Position numbers and translations under genes: made by a program. From a bacterium (lineage in GTDB: Bacteria > SAR324 > XYD2-FULL-50-16 > G965216635): a stretch of 64,000 nucleotides of DNA. Each line of letters opens with the position of its first letter. The first letter of the stretch is position 1. Where the stretch lies: NCBI GenBank assembly GCA_965216635.1, contig OZ244188.1:1952001-2016000 (forward strand). The letters are read 5' to 3'. The notes under the pieces are model-generated. The model worked only from the letters and a program-made list of their open reading frames with translations. It was not told the origin of the DNA and searched no databases. Shown here piece by piece: positions 40,329-49,327 of the stretch.

Positions 40329-40380
40329 GATACTTTTAATTAGACATTATACTTTGTCTAATGCCTAATTCAACAATCTC
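40329..40380. mobile_element. Minimal 'empty' TIR-2 element (E10)
   Basis: AATTAGACATTATACTTTGTCTAATGCCTAATTCAACAATCTC, i.e. the E8 unit without its core. Confidence 0.6.
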
Positions 40381-40448
40381 TTTTAGTGTCGGTGTATTTG
40401 TTTAAACGCTACCATAAAAAATAAAAATCTGCAAATGACTTTCTAATA

Positions 40449-40734
40449 TAGATTTTTGAATTTCGCTGATGTGACGGCTAGCCAAATGGTTAGAACAGGC
40501 ACGAAAAAAAATTTTCAGCTCGCAGGAATACTGAAGAGCATTTCTTCACAAATGGCAAGAGTTAAAAAAAAAATTTTAATGACGTAGTGCCACAATAATG
40601 GCACCAGGGCACTACAAAACTTGCATACTCCAAAAAAGGACTGTAAAAGAGCCAGTGGCTCTTTTACTATAGCCTGCATAGAGTGAAAGCAATAAGCTTG
40701 TTTTGGCTAAACAGAATGCAAATTCAAAGGTCTA
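40449..40734. mobile_element. Modular MITE-like element with 5-bp TSD (E11)
   Basis: TAATA|TAGATTTTTGAATTT ... AAATTCAAAGGTCTA|TAATA. Confidence 0.85.
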
Positions 40735-40788
40735 TAATAGTGTATTTCATATTTTTTTAGTAAAAAAGCATTGTATAGGTTTATATTT

Positions 40789-41163
40789 CTAATCAGATAA
40801 TGGATTAAAAACAGGAATATTCAAATCTCTAGAACAGGTTAGTATTTTTTTATCAGAAGTAATTAAGACTGCATTGTTTTGAAGGGCGGTAGCTGTAATA
40901 ATAGAATCGGCTATTTTTAAATTATATTCTTTTCTAATATTACTACATTCTTGAATAGAATTTTCATCTACATAAGAAATACTACAATAGTCTAGTATTT
41001 CATAAATATTCAGTTTTTTTAGAGAGGTGATATTTTTTTGAGAAAAAATTTCTATTTTAGTGATAAAGGAAATAAGGATCTTATCAGATTTTTCAAATTG
41101 AGGAAATTTACCTTTATTTTATAAAAGATAAATAATAGCATTAGTATCTAATTGATAAACCAT
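40789..41163 (-). pseudogene. PIN-domain (VapC) toxin with an in-frame TAA at codon 15
   Basis: Not in the ORF track. MVYQLDTNAIIYLL*NKG...ISFITKIE...LKIADSIITATAL...LITSD, 125 codons in one frame. Confidence 0.85.
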
Positions 41164-41325
41164 TTACCCCCATTCTTTTCTTACTTTTTTTTGAAATTCC
41201 AATCCATCGCCTAGACCAGAACCAACTCCTTTAAATTTTTCTATAGGATGGGGTATGTATGCTGATTTTTTTGGATTTTTATCGTTCTTATTTTTTATTT
41301 TAGTAGTTTTTTTTTTAGCTTCCAT
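41164..41325 (-). CDS. 53-aa putative VapB-type antitoxin
   Basis: Ends DGLEFQKKVRKEWG*, abutting the PIN gene ATG; this C-terminal pattern is typical of small PIN-associated antitoxins. Confidence 0.6.
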   Translation of the reverse strand: MEAKKKTTKIKNKNDKNPKKSAYIPHPIEKFKGVGSGLGDGLEFQKKVRKEWG

Positions 41326-41332
41326 TTTTCTA

Positions 41333-41518
41333 TTTTGAGTTTTGCTTGTTTCAGTGCATTGTTTAATGTTCCAATAGGAATTTCAATATTCAATTTACCT
41401 GCCACTGTTGCTGTTCCCGAGATTTTTCAGGGTGGTTGTATTGCCTATGACTATCTTTTATTCTTATTTGAAACCACCAATTTGGGTCTATAAGGTTTAT
41501 AAATTTTTTTACTTTCAA
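41333..41518 (-). pseudogene. HicA-family toxin remnant with two frameshifts
   Basis: Joined frames read (M)KVKKFINLI...WFQIR / KDSHRQYNHPEKS / GTATVAGKLNIEIPIGTLNNALKQAKL, matching the HicA pattern GSH..Y.HP...GTL..ILKQA. Confidence 0.75.
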
Positions 41519-41718
41519 TTTCTTACTAGTTTTTTATCACAAAATTTTTTTGTTGCCAAGCCAAAAGTTCATTATCTGATTTTTGGCATTCTTCATACAC
41601 ATTACGATTAACTTTTTTTAATTTATCTTCAAATTTAGTTGGATTTGAGTGATGTTTTTCTATCATTTTATTATTCATATCACAAGCCAGCTTATTTATA
41701 GTTGCATTTAAAAAACAA

Positions 41719-41803
41719 CGGAGAGAGGGGGATTCGAACCCCCGATACATTGCTGTATACACGCTTTCCAAGCGTGCGCCTTCAACCGCTCGGCCACCTC
41801 TCC
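41719..41803 (-). tRNA. tRNA-Ser(GGA)
   Basis: GGAGAGGTGGCCGAGCGGTTGAAGGCG-CACGC-TTGGAAA-GCGTG, long variable arm, GGTTCGAATCC; CCA not encoded. Confidence 0.96.
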
Positions 41804-41822
41804 TTCTATTTTTATATAAGAG

Positions 41823-41896
41823 CGCACCTGAGAGGATTCGAACCTCTGACCTCTTGAACCGCAATCAAACGCTCTATCCAGCTGAGCTACAGGTGC
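41823..41896 (-). tRNA. tRNA-Arg(GCG)
   Basis: GCACCTGTAGCTCAGCTGGATAGAGCG-TTTGA-TTGCGGT-TCAAG-AGGTC-AGAGGTTCGAATCCTCT-CAGGTGCG. Confidence 0.93.
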
Positions 41897-42056
41897 AAAT
41901 TTTTAAAAATATTTTTAATAAATATTTTGATAAATCTATTTTTATTTGACAATAGGTAGGTTATAGGAATAGCATCACCTTATAAAGATAAGCTACCTTA
42001 AATGAATTTTTTTTAAAAGGTTTATCTGATCTTGAATTAAATTTTTAAAATCACAA

Positions 42057-42575
42057 ATGGGAAAAATAGGTATTTTTTATGGTTCTACTACTGGAAATAC
42101 AGAAATGGTAGCACAAGAAATTCAAAAATTACTAGGAGAAGAATTGGTAGACCTGCACGATGTAGAATCTGCAGATAAGATGAGTTTAAACGATTATGAC
42201 TTGTTATTATTTGGTATCCCTACTTGGGATATAGGAGAATTGCAAGAAGATTGGGAAGATTGGCTAAAAAATTTAGATGATCCTGAAGTAAAACTAGAAG
42301 GAAAAAAAGCTGCTATTTTTGGTGTGGGTGATCAAGAGGGCTATCCTGATACTTTTGGAGATGCTCTGAAAGCTATTTTTGATAAATTAAAAAACAGAAA
42401 AGCTATCGTTGTTTGTGATAAGTGGTCTAAAGATAGCTATAACTTTGAATCTTCTTTGGGAGTAAAAGATGGTTATCTATTAGGTATGATGGTGGATGAA
42501 GATAGTCAATCCGAACTCACAGAAGAAAGAATAATCACTTATGTGGGTATGTTAAAAAAAAATTTCAACCTTTAA
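42057..42575 (+). CDS. fldA: Long-chain flavodoxin
   Basis: IGIFYGSTTGNTE, PTW..GELQ.DW, FG.GDQ.GY. Confidence 0.93.
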   Translation: MGKIGIFYGSTTGNTEMVAQEIQKLLGEELVDLHDVESADKMSLNDYDLLLFGIPTWDIGELQEDWEDWLKNLDDPEVKLEGKKAAIFGVGDQEGYPDTFGDALKAIFDKLKNRKAIVVCDKWSKDSYNFESSLGVKDGYLLGMMVDEDSQSELTEERIITYVGMLKKNFNL

Positions 42576-42919
42576 TAGACTTTTGAATTTGCTTATCTAG
42601 TTTAGTCAAAACAGCTTATTGCTTGAAACTATTTATGGGCTATAGAAAAAGTGCCACTGGCTCTTTTGCAGTTTATTTGTGTTGGCGCTAAATTTTGCTA
42701 GACACCATTGAAAAATTTTTTTATCCCTTAAAATACTCTTATTGCTGAATGCAAAATAAGGGTTATAGCAAAAGCTTCACCAGAGTTTTTGTATTTCATT
42801 TGTGTTAGTCGGGAAGTTTTGTGGTATTTCTCTTCTACGATATTTTAGCGACTCCAAAAATTTTTTCGCACCTGTTCTAACCATTTGGCTAGCTCTCCTA
42901 AAATGCCTAATTCAAAGTT
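42576..42919. mobile_element. Modular MITE-like element (E12)
   Basis: TAGACTTTTGAATTTG ... GCACCTGTTCTAACCATTTGGCTAGC ... AATGCCTAATTCAAAG. Confidence 0.7.
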
Positions 42920-42934
42920 ATCTTCCTTTATTTA

Positions 42935-44353
42935 ATGCCACAAAAAATTCATTTTCTTTCTATTTGCGGTGTTGCTATGGCTACACTGGCAGTAATGATG
43001 AAAAAAAAAGGCTACTTGGTTAGTGGTTCGGACGCTGCTGGTTATCCACCTATGCTAGAGTATCTTCAAGAAAATAAAATTCCTATAAAATCTCCTTACA
43101 AAGAAGAAAATCTTTTCTTTAATCCAGACTGGGTAGTTATTGGTAATGCTCTTAGCCGAGGCAATAAAGAAGTAGAATATATTATGGAAAAAAGAATTCC
43201 TTTTTTTTCCATGTCAGAAGTGATTAAAAAAAAATTTCTCAAAAACAACTACCCTATAGTAATTACTGGCACTCACGGAAAAACAACTACAGCTAGCTTA
43301 CTCGCTTATTTGTTAGATAAATTAACAGATAATACTGGTTTTTTTATTGGAGGTGCTTCTAATAATTTTTCAGAGTATGGAAGATCTTGTAAGCAAGATG
43401 GAGGCTATTTTGTGATTGAAGGAGACGAATATGATACTGCTTTTTTTGATAAAAAAAGTAAATTTTTTCACTATGCTCCGCAGTACTTGATTGTTAACAA
43501 CATTGAGCTAGACCACGTAGATATTTTCAGAGATATACAAGAAATTTTACAAGCCTTTCTTTATCTAACAAAATTGGTTCCTCCCAACGGTTGGATTTTA
43601 GCCAATATAGATGATAAAAATGTAGCTGAAGTAATTAAACCACTACATACCAAACTCATTACTTTCGGGTTTTCTAAAAAAGCAAATTACCAAATTGTGA
43701 AAGTAAAAAGTTTGTTTGCAAAAACTGGCGTTACAAATTTTTCTCTACGGAATGAAAAAAGATCTTGGAATTTTAGTATTCCTCTAATAGGAGAAATGAA
43801 TGTCTATAACGCGGCAGCTGCCATCATTAGTTGTTTAGAATTAGGTTTTTCTGCTGAGGTTATTCAAGAAAAAATTCTATCTTTTAAGAATGCGAAAAGA
43901 AGACTGGAACTGAAAACTAACCAGTCTCAAGTGCTTGTTTTTGATGATTTTGCCCATCACCCCACTGCGATAAAAAAAACCCTGCAAGCTGTCCGAGAAA
44001 CCTACCCAAAAGCTAGAATTTTTGCAATTTATGAACCTCGTAGTAATACCTCCATTAGCAATACCCACCAAAACTCTATATCAGCATCCTTTAAAGATGC
44101 TGATTGTATCTATTTTTTTGAAAATTCTGCTTTAAAAAAATCAGCCCCGAAAGAAAAAATCAATTTATTCTCCATTGCCGAGGAGCTTAAACAAAAACAC
44201 AAACAAACTGCTATTTTTCAAAAAATTCTACAAATAGAAAAACAAATTATTTCAAATTGGAAACAGGGTGATATTTTTTTATTTTTAAGCCAGAGCAGTC
44301 TAGAAAATTTACCTGCTAGGTTAGCAAAATCAGCCAATGAAAAATACCAATGA
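42935..44353 (+). CDS. mpl: Murein peptide ligase (Mpl/MurC family)
   Basis: ICGVAM, GNALSRGN, GTHGKTTT, EGDEYDTAFFDK, DDFAHHPTAI, EPRSNT. Confidence 0.92.
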   Translation: MPQKIHFLSICGVAMATLAVMMKKKGYLVSGSDAAGYPPMLEYLQENKIPIKSPYKEENLFFNPDWVVIGNALSRGNKEVEYIMEKRIPFFSMSEVIKKKFLKNNYPIVITGTHGKTTTASLLAYLLDKLTDNTGFFIGGASNNFSEYGRSCKQDGGYFVIEGDEYDTAFFDKKSKFFHYAPQYLIVNNIELDHVDIFRDIQEILQAFLYLTKLVPPNGWILANIDDKNVAEVIKPLHTKLITFGFSKKANYQIVKVKSLFAKTGVTNFSLRNEKRSWNFSIPLIGEMNVYNAAAAIISCLELGFSAEVIQEKILSFKNAKRRLELKTNQSQVLVFDDFAHHPTAIKKTLQAVRETYPKARIFAIYEPRSNTSISNTHQNSISASFKDADCIYFFENSALKKSAPKEKINLFSIAEELKQKHKQTAIFQKILQIEKQIISNWKQGDIFLFLSQSSLENLPARLAKSANEKYQ

Positions 44354-44450
44354 AAAATACCAGTAAAAAATACCAATGAAAAATACCAATGAAAAATACC
44401 AGTGAAAAATACCAGTGAAAAATACCAGTGAAAAATACCAGTGAAAAATA
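44334..44450. repeat. 13-bp tandem repeat x9 (CCARTRAAAAATA)
   Basis: Counted directly; begins inside the mpl 3' end and ends 7 nt before the next ATG. Confidence 0.95.
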
Positions 44451-44457
44451 AGAGCTA

Positions 44458-45666
44458 ATGAAACACAGAAAAATATTAAAGCAAATAAAAGAAAAATACT
44501 CCGACTATACTATTCAAAGGTATGCAAGACAGTGCTATGACTATACAGAAGCAAAACTAGATGATTTATTTTCAGACTGTTTCAAACAAGAACTAGCCGA
44601 TTCTGGATACCAAAAAGATAGCAATAGAATTCTGCAACAATTTAAAAACAACCCCGTTCTACAAACATCTCAGCACTTAACTCCTACAAATGGACCTACA
44701 TTTACTGCTATTGACCTGATTTCTTTAATAGGATTAGAAGAAAAATACTACCTCGTAGGTGTATTTAGCGGAGTGCCTTTTTCCAATAGAGCTTGGTCCG
44801 GCTGTTTAAGTTATGGAGATATTGCTTTAGAAAAAGTGATTCAAAAAACCAGCCCCTACTATCCCCAACTAATAAAGGAAAATAAAGACAGAAACCGAGA
44901 TTTAGTTTCCGAGAATAAAATTCGTTTGATTTTTTCTAACTTCCGTGACGATTTAGTCTTTGGTAGCTCTTTTGAGAAATACAGATTAGAACTTTGGGGC
45001 GCAATGCAAGAAAAAATGCTGCATTACTTCCCTAAACCTAAAGACAACTCTGCTTTTAGTAATTGGAATATGAAATGTTGCTCCAATCTCCAAGTAGAGC
45101 TATTTGGAGGGAAAAAAATAATTTATTTTGATATTTGTCGGCTTATAAAAAACTACATTACAAAAGCTATCAAACAAAAAACACCTCTTTTAAAGAAATT
45201 TTTTTTATCTTTTAAAACCATAGAAAAAAATCTCAATCCCATTTGGTTTTATTCTAGAAAAGAAAAAAAAAAATCTTGGAAAATCCAACCTCTTTTCGTC
45301 CAAGATCTCCCCTTTTTTACTAAAAAAAATGAGGTTTGTTGGACAAGTATGCTAGCTTTTCTACAGGAAAAAAATTATTGTCCTGCTACTTTTATTACTT
45401 TTTTTATTTTAGTTTTTTGTTGTGGTATTCGTTGTTTAGGCTCTTTTTATCAAGTGGAATATCTAGCCTATTACGAAAAGTGCTTGGAAAATATTTTTGA
45501 GAAAGATGAAATCACTATTCCTGATAGAAGTAAAACCTTTACTTCAGGGAGACTAAAAGAAAAAGGAATATTGGTCTATCCTCTTGATTATATTTTAGAA
45601 CAAAAAAACTTGAATCTTAAAAACTACCAAGAAAAAAAAATGTCTTTTTTATGGGAAGAACTTTGA
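44458..45666 (+). CDS. Hypothetical protein (402 aa)
   Basis: Long ORF with the same AT-rich character as neighbouring genes; no family recognised. Confidence 0.7.
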   Translation: MKHRKILKQIKEKYSDYTIQRYARQCYDYTEAKLDDLFSDCFKQELADSGYQKDSNRILQQFKNNPVLQTSQHLTPTNGPTFTAIDLISLIGLEEKYYLVGVFSGVPFSNRAWSGCLSYGDIALEKVIQKTSPYYPQLIKENKDRNRDLVSENKIRLIFSNFRDDLVFGSSFEKYRLELWGAMQEKMLHYFPKPKDNSAFSNWNMKCCSNLQVELFGGKKIIYFDICRLIKNYITKAIKQKTPLLKKFFLSFKTIEKNLNPIWFYSRKEKKKSWKIQPLFVQDLPFFTKKNEVCWTSMLAFLQEKNYCPATFITFFILVFCCGIRCLGSFYQVEYLAYYEKCLENIFEKDEITIPDRSKTFTSGRLKEKGILVYPLDYILEQKNLNLKNYQEKKMSFLWEEL

Positions 45667-45675
45667 TACCATTAC

Positions 45676-45742
45676 GACCTTTGAACTTTAGCATTATAAT
45701 GCTAAAGTTCAAAGATCTCATAATGTCTAATTCAACAGTCTC
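45676..45742. mobile_element. Collapsed MITE remnant (E13); possible bidirectional terminator between convergent genes
   Basis: GACCTTTGAACTTTAGCATTATAATGCTAAAGTTCAAAGATC near-perfect palindrome followed by TAATGTCTAATTCAACAGTCTC. Confidence 0.65.
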
Positions 45743-46524
45743 TAGTTTTTATACCTTAAAAGCCTCATTCTGTTTCTGCGAGGGTGTTTTCCTACTGTCT
45801 CCACATTTTTTTTTACTTTTTCAACTTCAGAAACAACCGCAGCAGTGTTATGACTAGCCACACTAGTAATTTCTTTAGAACTAGAAGGCATCCGAGAAGA
45901 AGTCCAGCTCAATTTAAACACAACTACAGCCGCTACAAAACTACCCGCTATATTAGCTAGTATAAAAACCCAAACTATCTTCCAAGCGTAGATTCCCATA
46001 ATAGCAGAACCAAAAACCACAGCAGGATTAAAAGCACCTCCAGAAATACTTCCTACAGTCACTCCACCTGTAGCCACCACCAAACCTACTGCAATAGCTG
46101 TTAATAAAGCACTCAAGGGGTGTTTAACCAAAGAAGTAACTAGTGCTGCAAAAACTAATGCAAAAGTATAGATGAATTCTACAATTAAAACATGCCCGAT
46201 AGAAATAGACAAAGAGGTAGTAGACGGATAGTCTTTCAAAAATAAAACTATAACCGAAGCAATACCTGCTCCTACCAATTGGAAAATCCAATAATAAACC
46301 GCTTTTTCTAATTTCAGGTCGCCCTTAAATAAGCAAGCCAAAGTAACCGCTGGATTATAATGTCCTCCAGAAATACGTCCTCCTATAGCAATCATCAGCA
46401 AAAGAGTTAGTCCAGCAACAAAAGGAGCAATAGTTCCAGCACTAGGCGTTAAAGTAACCATACCCACAGCAAAAACTAAAAAGAATGCTCCAATAAATTC
46501 CATTAAATAACTTTTTGTATCCAT
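45742..46524 (-). CDS. MIP/aquaporin family channel with a hydrophilic C-terminal extension
   Basis: SGGHYNPAVT and GGAFNPAV NPA motifs. Confidence 0.93.
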   Translation of the reverse strand: MDTKSYLMEFIGAFFLVFAVGMVTLTPSAGTIAPFVAGLTLLLMIAIGGRISGGHYNPAVTLACLFKGDLKLEKAVYYWIFQLVGAGIASVIVLFLKDYPSTTSLSISIGHVLIVEFIYTFALVFAALVTSLVKHPLSALLTAIAVGLVVATGGVTVGSISGGAFNPAVVFGSAIMGIYAWKIVWVFILANIAGSFVAAVVVFKLSWTSSRMPSSSKEITSVASHNTAAVVSEVEKVKKNVETVGKHPRRNRMRLLRYKN

Positions 46525-46546
46525 AATATTTTTAAAGTTTATGTTA

Positions 46547-46701
46547 TAGACTTTTGAATTTGCGTTTTGTTTAGCCTATCCATTGTTAAAAAAAAATTTC
46601 AACTCTTGCCATTTGTGAAGAAATGCTCTCCAGTATTCCAGCGAGCTAAAATTTTTCTTCACCTTGCCTAGCCGTCACATAACGCGAAATTCAAAGGTCT
46701 A
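46547..46701. mobile_element. Modular MITE-like element with 5-bp TSD (E14)
   Basis: TGTTA|TAGACTTTTGAATTTGCG ... CGCGAAATTCAAAGGTCTA|TGTTA. Confidence 0.85.
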
Positions 46702-46799
46702 TGTTATTTTATTTCTTTACAAAGAAACAAAATAAAAAAATAGCTAAATTTTCAAAAAAAATCAAGAATAAAAATAGATTTTTATTACTAAATTAAAAA

Positions 46800-47813
46800 A
46801 TGGATAAAAAAATAGCAATAAGCATGGGAGATGCCAATGGTATTTCTGCTGAAATCATAGCAAAAAGTCTAGGAAAAAAAGAAATTTTACCCTTTATTCC
46901 TGTGGTTTTTGGAGATATATCGGTTTTTCAAAAATGGGAAAAAATTTTTAAAAAACAAAAGAATTACAAAAAGCCTTACTTTGAGTATTTTTTCGAAAAA
47001 ATAGCAAAAAAAAAAATTCATTTTGAAGAAATCGGCAAAAACACAGCATTTCAACCAGCCGTGGCTACAAAAGAGAGCGGAATGCTCTCTTTTGCTTGCC
47101 TTAAAGAGGCTATAAAAGCAACCCTCACTGGAAAAATTGCAGCATTAGTTACCGCACCCATTCATAAAAATTCTTTTGCATTAGCCAAAATTCCCTACAA
47201 AGACCACACTTCAGTGCTGGTAAAACTTACAAAAACAAAAAACTATGCAATGGCTTTTTGCTCAGATGCCTATTGGTTGCTTTTAGTAACGGATCATATT
47301 CCTTTAAGCTGTGTGGCTGGTAGCCTCAATAGTGAGATGATTTTAGAAAAAATTACTCTAGCTTGGAAATTGCTACTTTCTTTAAATAAAAAAAATCCTA
47401 AAATCGGTATATGCGGAATCAATCCGCATGCAGGAGAAGGTGGAATGCTAGGAAAAGAAGAACAAGAGATAGTTCTGCCTGCAATAGAAATGGCTAGAAA
47501 ACAAAAAATCAATATCAGCGATCCCTTACCAGCAGATACAATTTTTTATAGAGCCCAAAAAAATAAAACAAGCCAAAATGAATTTGATCTACTGATTACA
47601 ATGTACCACGATCAAGGATTAGCTCCTTTTAAGACTTGTTTTTTTGAAAATTCCGCTCAAGTAACTTTAGGGATTCCCATAATTAGAACAAGTGTCTCTC
47701 ACGGCACTGCTTATGAAATCGTAGGTAAAAACATTGCTTCTGAAAAAAGCCTAAATTATGCTATAAACACTGCCTATTCTTTAATGAAAAGTCAGAAAAA
47801 CAAAAATAACTAA
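46800..47813 (+). CDS. pdxA: 4-hydroxythreonine-4-phosphate dehydrogenase
   Basis: MGDANGI, VTAPIHK, NPHAGEGG, MYHDQGL, RTS.SHGTA. Confidence 0.93.
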   Translation: MDKKIAISMGDANGISAEIIAKSLGKKEILPFIPVVFGDISVFQKWEKIFKKQKNYKKPYFEYFFEKIAKKKIHFEEIGKNTAFQPAVATKESGMLSFACLKEAIKATLTGKIAALVTAPIHKNSFALAKIPYKDHTSVLVKLTKTKNYAMAFCSDAYWLLLVTDHIPLSCVAGSLNSEMILEKITLAWKLLLSLNKKNPKIGICGINPHAGEGGMLGKEEQEIVLPAIEMARKQKINISDPLPADTIFYRAQKNKTSQNEFDLLITMYHDQGLAPFKTCFFENSAQVTLGIPIIRTSVSHGTAYEIVGKNIASEKSLNYAINTAYSLMKSQKNKNN

Positions 47814-48009
47814 TAATTATTTCTCGTGACTCGTTTTCCAACAAATATACACTGCATAACCTAATACTCCCACCCCCAACAGTATAAGAACAAATAATAT
47901 TAAATTTTTCATAATTCGTTAAGTAGTTTATAAATAGATTTGATAATTAAAATAGAATACAATAATTTAGATATAATCACAGAGAAAAAAAAACATCTTT
48001 AGTAAAAAT

Positions 48010-48837
48010 ATGAGTGTCTTCAACAAAATTACTCTTAATCAAATCACCCCGAATGAAATTATTGGGGGCGATACTTTTGAGTTATTGCCTAGCGTAGAAA
48101 ATAATTCTGTAGATTTGATTATTTGCGACGGTCCTTTTGGAGTCACAGATCAAAAATGGGATAAAATCAGCGATATACAGCAGTTTAATTTGAAACTTAT
48201 TGCTATCTTTTCTCAAAAATTAAAAACAGGTGGTAGTCTCTATCTCTTTGGTAAACCGGATTGTATTGATTTTATTGATTACCGCTCTTATCTCAATCTA
48301 CAAGCAAAAATTATCTGGTATCAACCGAGTCGCTTGGCACAGGGTAGGATAAATTGGACAAACAACTACGATATTATTTGCTATTTTACAAAAGGAAAAA
48401 AAACAACTACTTTTAATTTGGATGCAGTGAGAGTGCCACAACTTGTAGAGCTAGCACACAGACAAAGATGCGAAAAGGTGCCTTCTGTGCTAAATGGTAA
48501 GTATGGAAAAACAAAGTTTCATAAAGATGGAAAAAATCCGGGCGATGTATGGGGAGATCTAAAACAACTAACCTATAAATCCAAAGAATTGGTTAGTAGA
48601 GACGCTCTAAATACTATCCAAAAACCACTAAAATTGATAGAGAGGTTGTTATTAGCTAGCTCTAACGAGGGAGATATTGTTTTGGATCCTTTTTGCGGCG
48701 TAGGCACTGTGCCTCTAGCCTGCAAAATACATAAAAGAGAATTTTATGCTTTTGAAATCAACAAAGATTTTGTTAAAGTGGCTAAAGAAAGAATAGCCGA
48801 TTGGAAAAATAAACCCACAGAAAAACTAAATGAATGA
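48010..48837 (+). CDS. Orphan beta-class N4/N6 DNA methyltransferase
   Basis: SVDLIICDGPF, NPGDVW, TIQKPLKLIERL, VLDPFCGVGT. Confidence 0.85.
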   Translation: MSVFNKITLNQITPNEIIGGDTFELLPSVENNSVDLIICDGPFGVTDQKWDKISDIQQFNLKLIAIFSQKLKTGGSLYLFGKPDCIDFIDYRSYLNLQAKIIWYQPSRLAQGRINWTNNYDIICYFTKGKKTTTFNLDAVRVPQLVELAHRQRCEKVPSVLNGKYGKTKFHKDGKNPGDVWGDLKQLTYKSKELVSRDALNTIQKPLKLIERLLLASSNEGDIVLDPFCGVGTVPLACKIHKREFYAFEINKDFVKVAKERIADWKNKPTEKLNE

Positions 48838-49327
48838 AAAAATAAAACCTATACCAGAAGGTTTTACTACCATCACGCCTCATTTGCTTGTCAAGGACGC
48901 AGAGGAGGCTTTTGCTTTTTATAAAAAAGCTTTTGGGGCGAAAGAATTAAGCCGACAAACTCATCCGAGCGAGAATTGGCTTTTGCATTTGGACCTTAAA
49001 ATAGGCAATGCTATTTTAATGCTTAGCGGGACTCCAAAAGGAATGGATTCTTTCGGAAACTGGCTAACACCAGATAAAGCCGAAGGCACAACAGTTGTAT
49101 TGCATCTTTATGTGGAAGATGTGGATAAAACTTACAATCAAGCTATAGAAGCTGGTTGTGAAGTGAAAATGAAAATTATGAATACTTTTTGGGGCGATAG
49201 ATACGCCCAAGTTTTGGATCCTTTTGGCTATCTTTGGAGTATGGCTAGTAAAATAGAAACGCTTACTCCCGAAGAAATAAATGAAGGAAGCAAGCAATAC
49301 TTCGCAAAACTACCTAAAAAATTATGA
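48830..49327 (+). CDS. VOC/glyoxalase (PhnB-like) protein
   Basis: PIPEGF.TITP.L, FYKKAFGA, FWGDRY..V.DPFG..W. Confidence 0.9.
   Translation: MNEKIKPIPEGFTTITPHLLVKDAEEAFAFYKKAFGAKELSRQTHPSENWLLHLDLKIGNAILMLSGTPKGMDSFGNWLTPDKAEGTTVVLHLYVEDVDKTYNQAIEAGCEVKMKIMNTFWGDRYAQVLDPFGYLWSMASKIETLTPEEINEGSKQYFAKLPKKL

Noticed and set aside
41526..41864. 112-aa ORF
   Set aside because: Its 5' half runs through both tRNA genes; at most a short unassignable 3' portion could be real.
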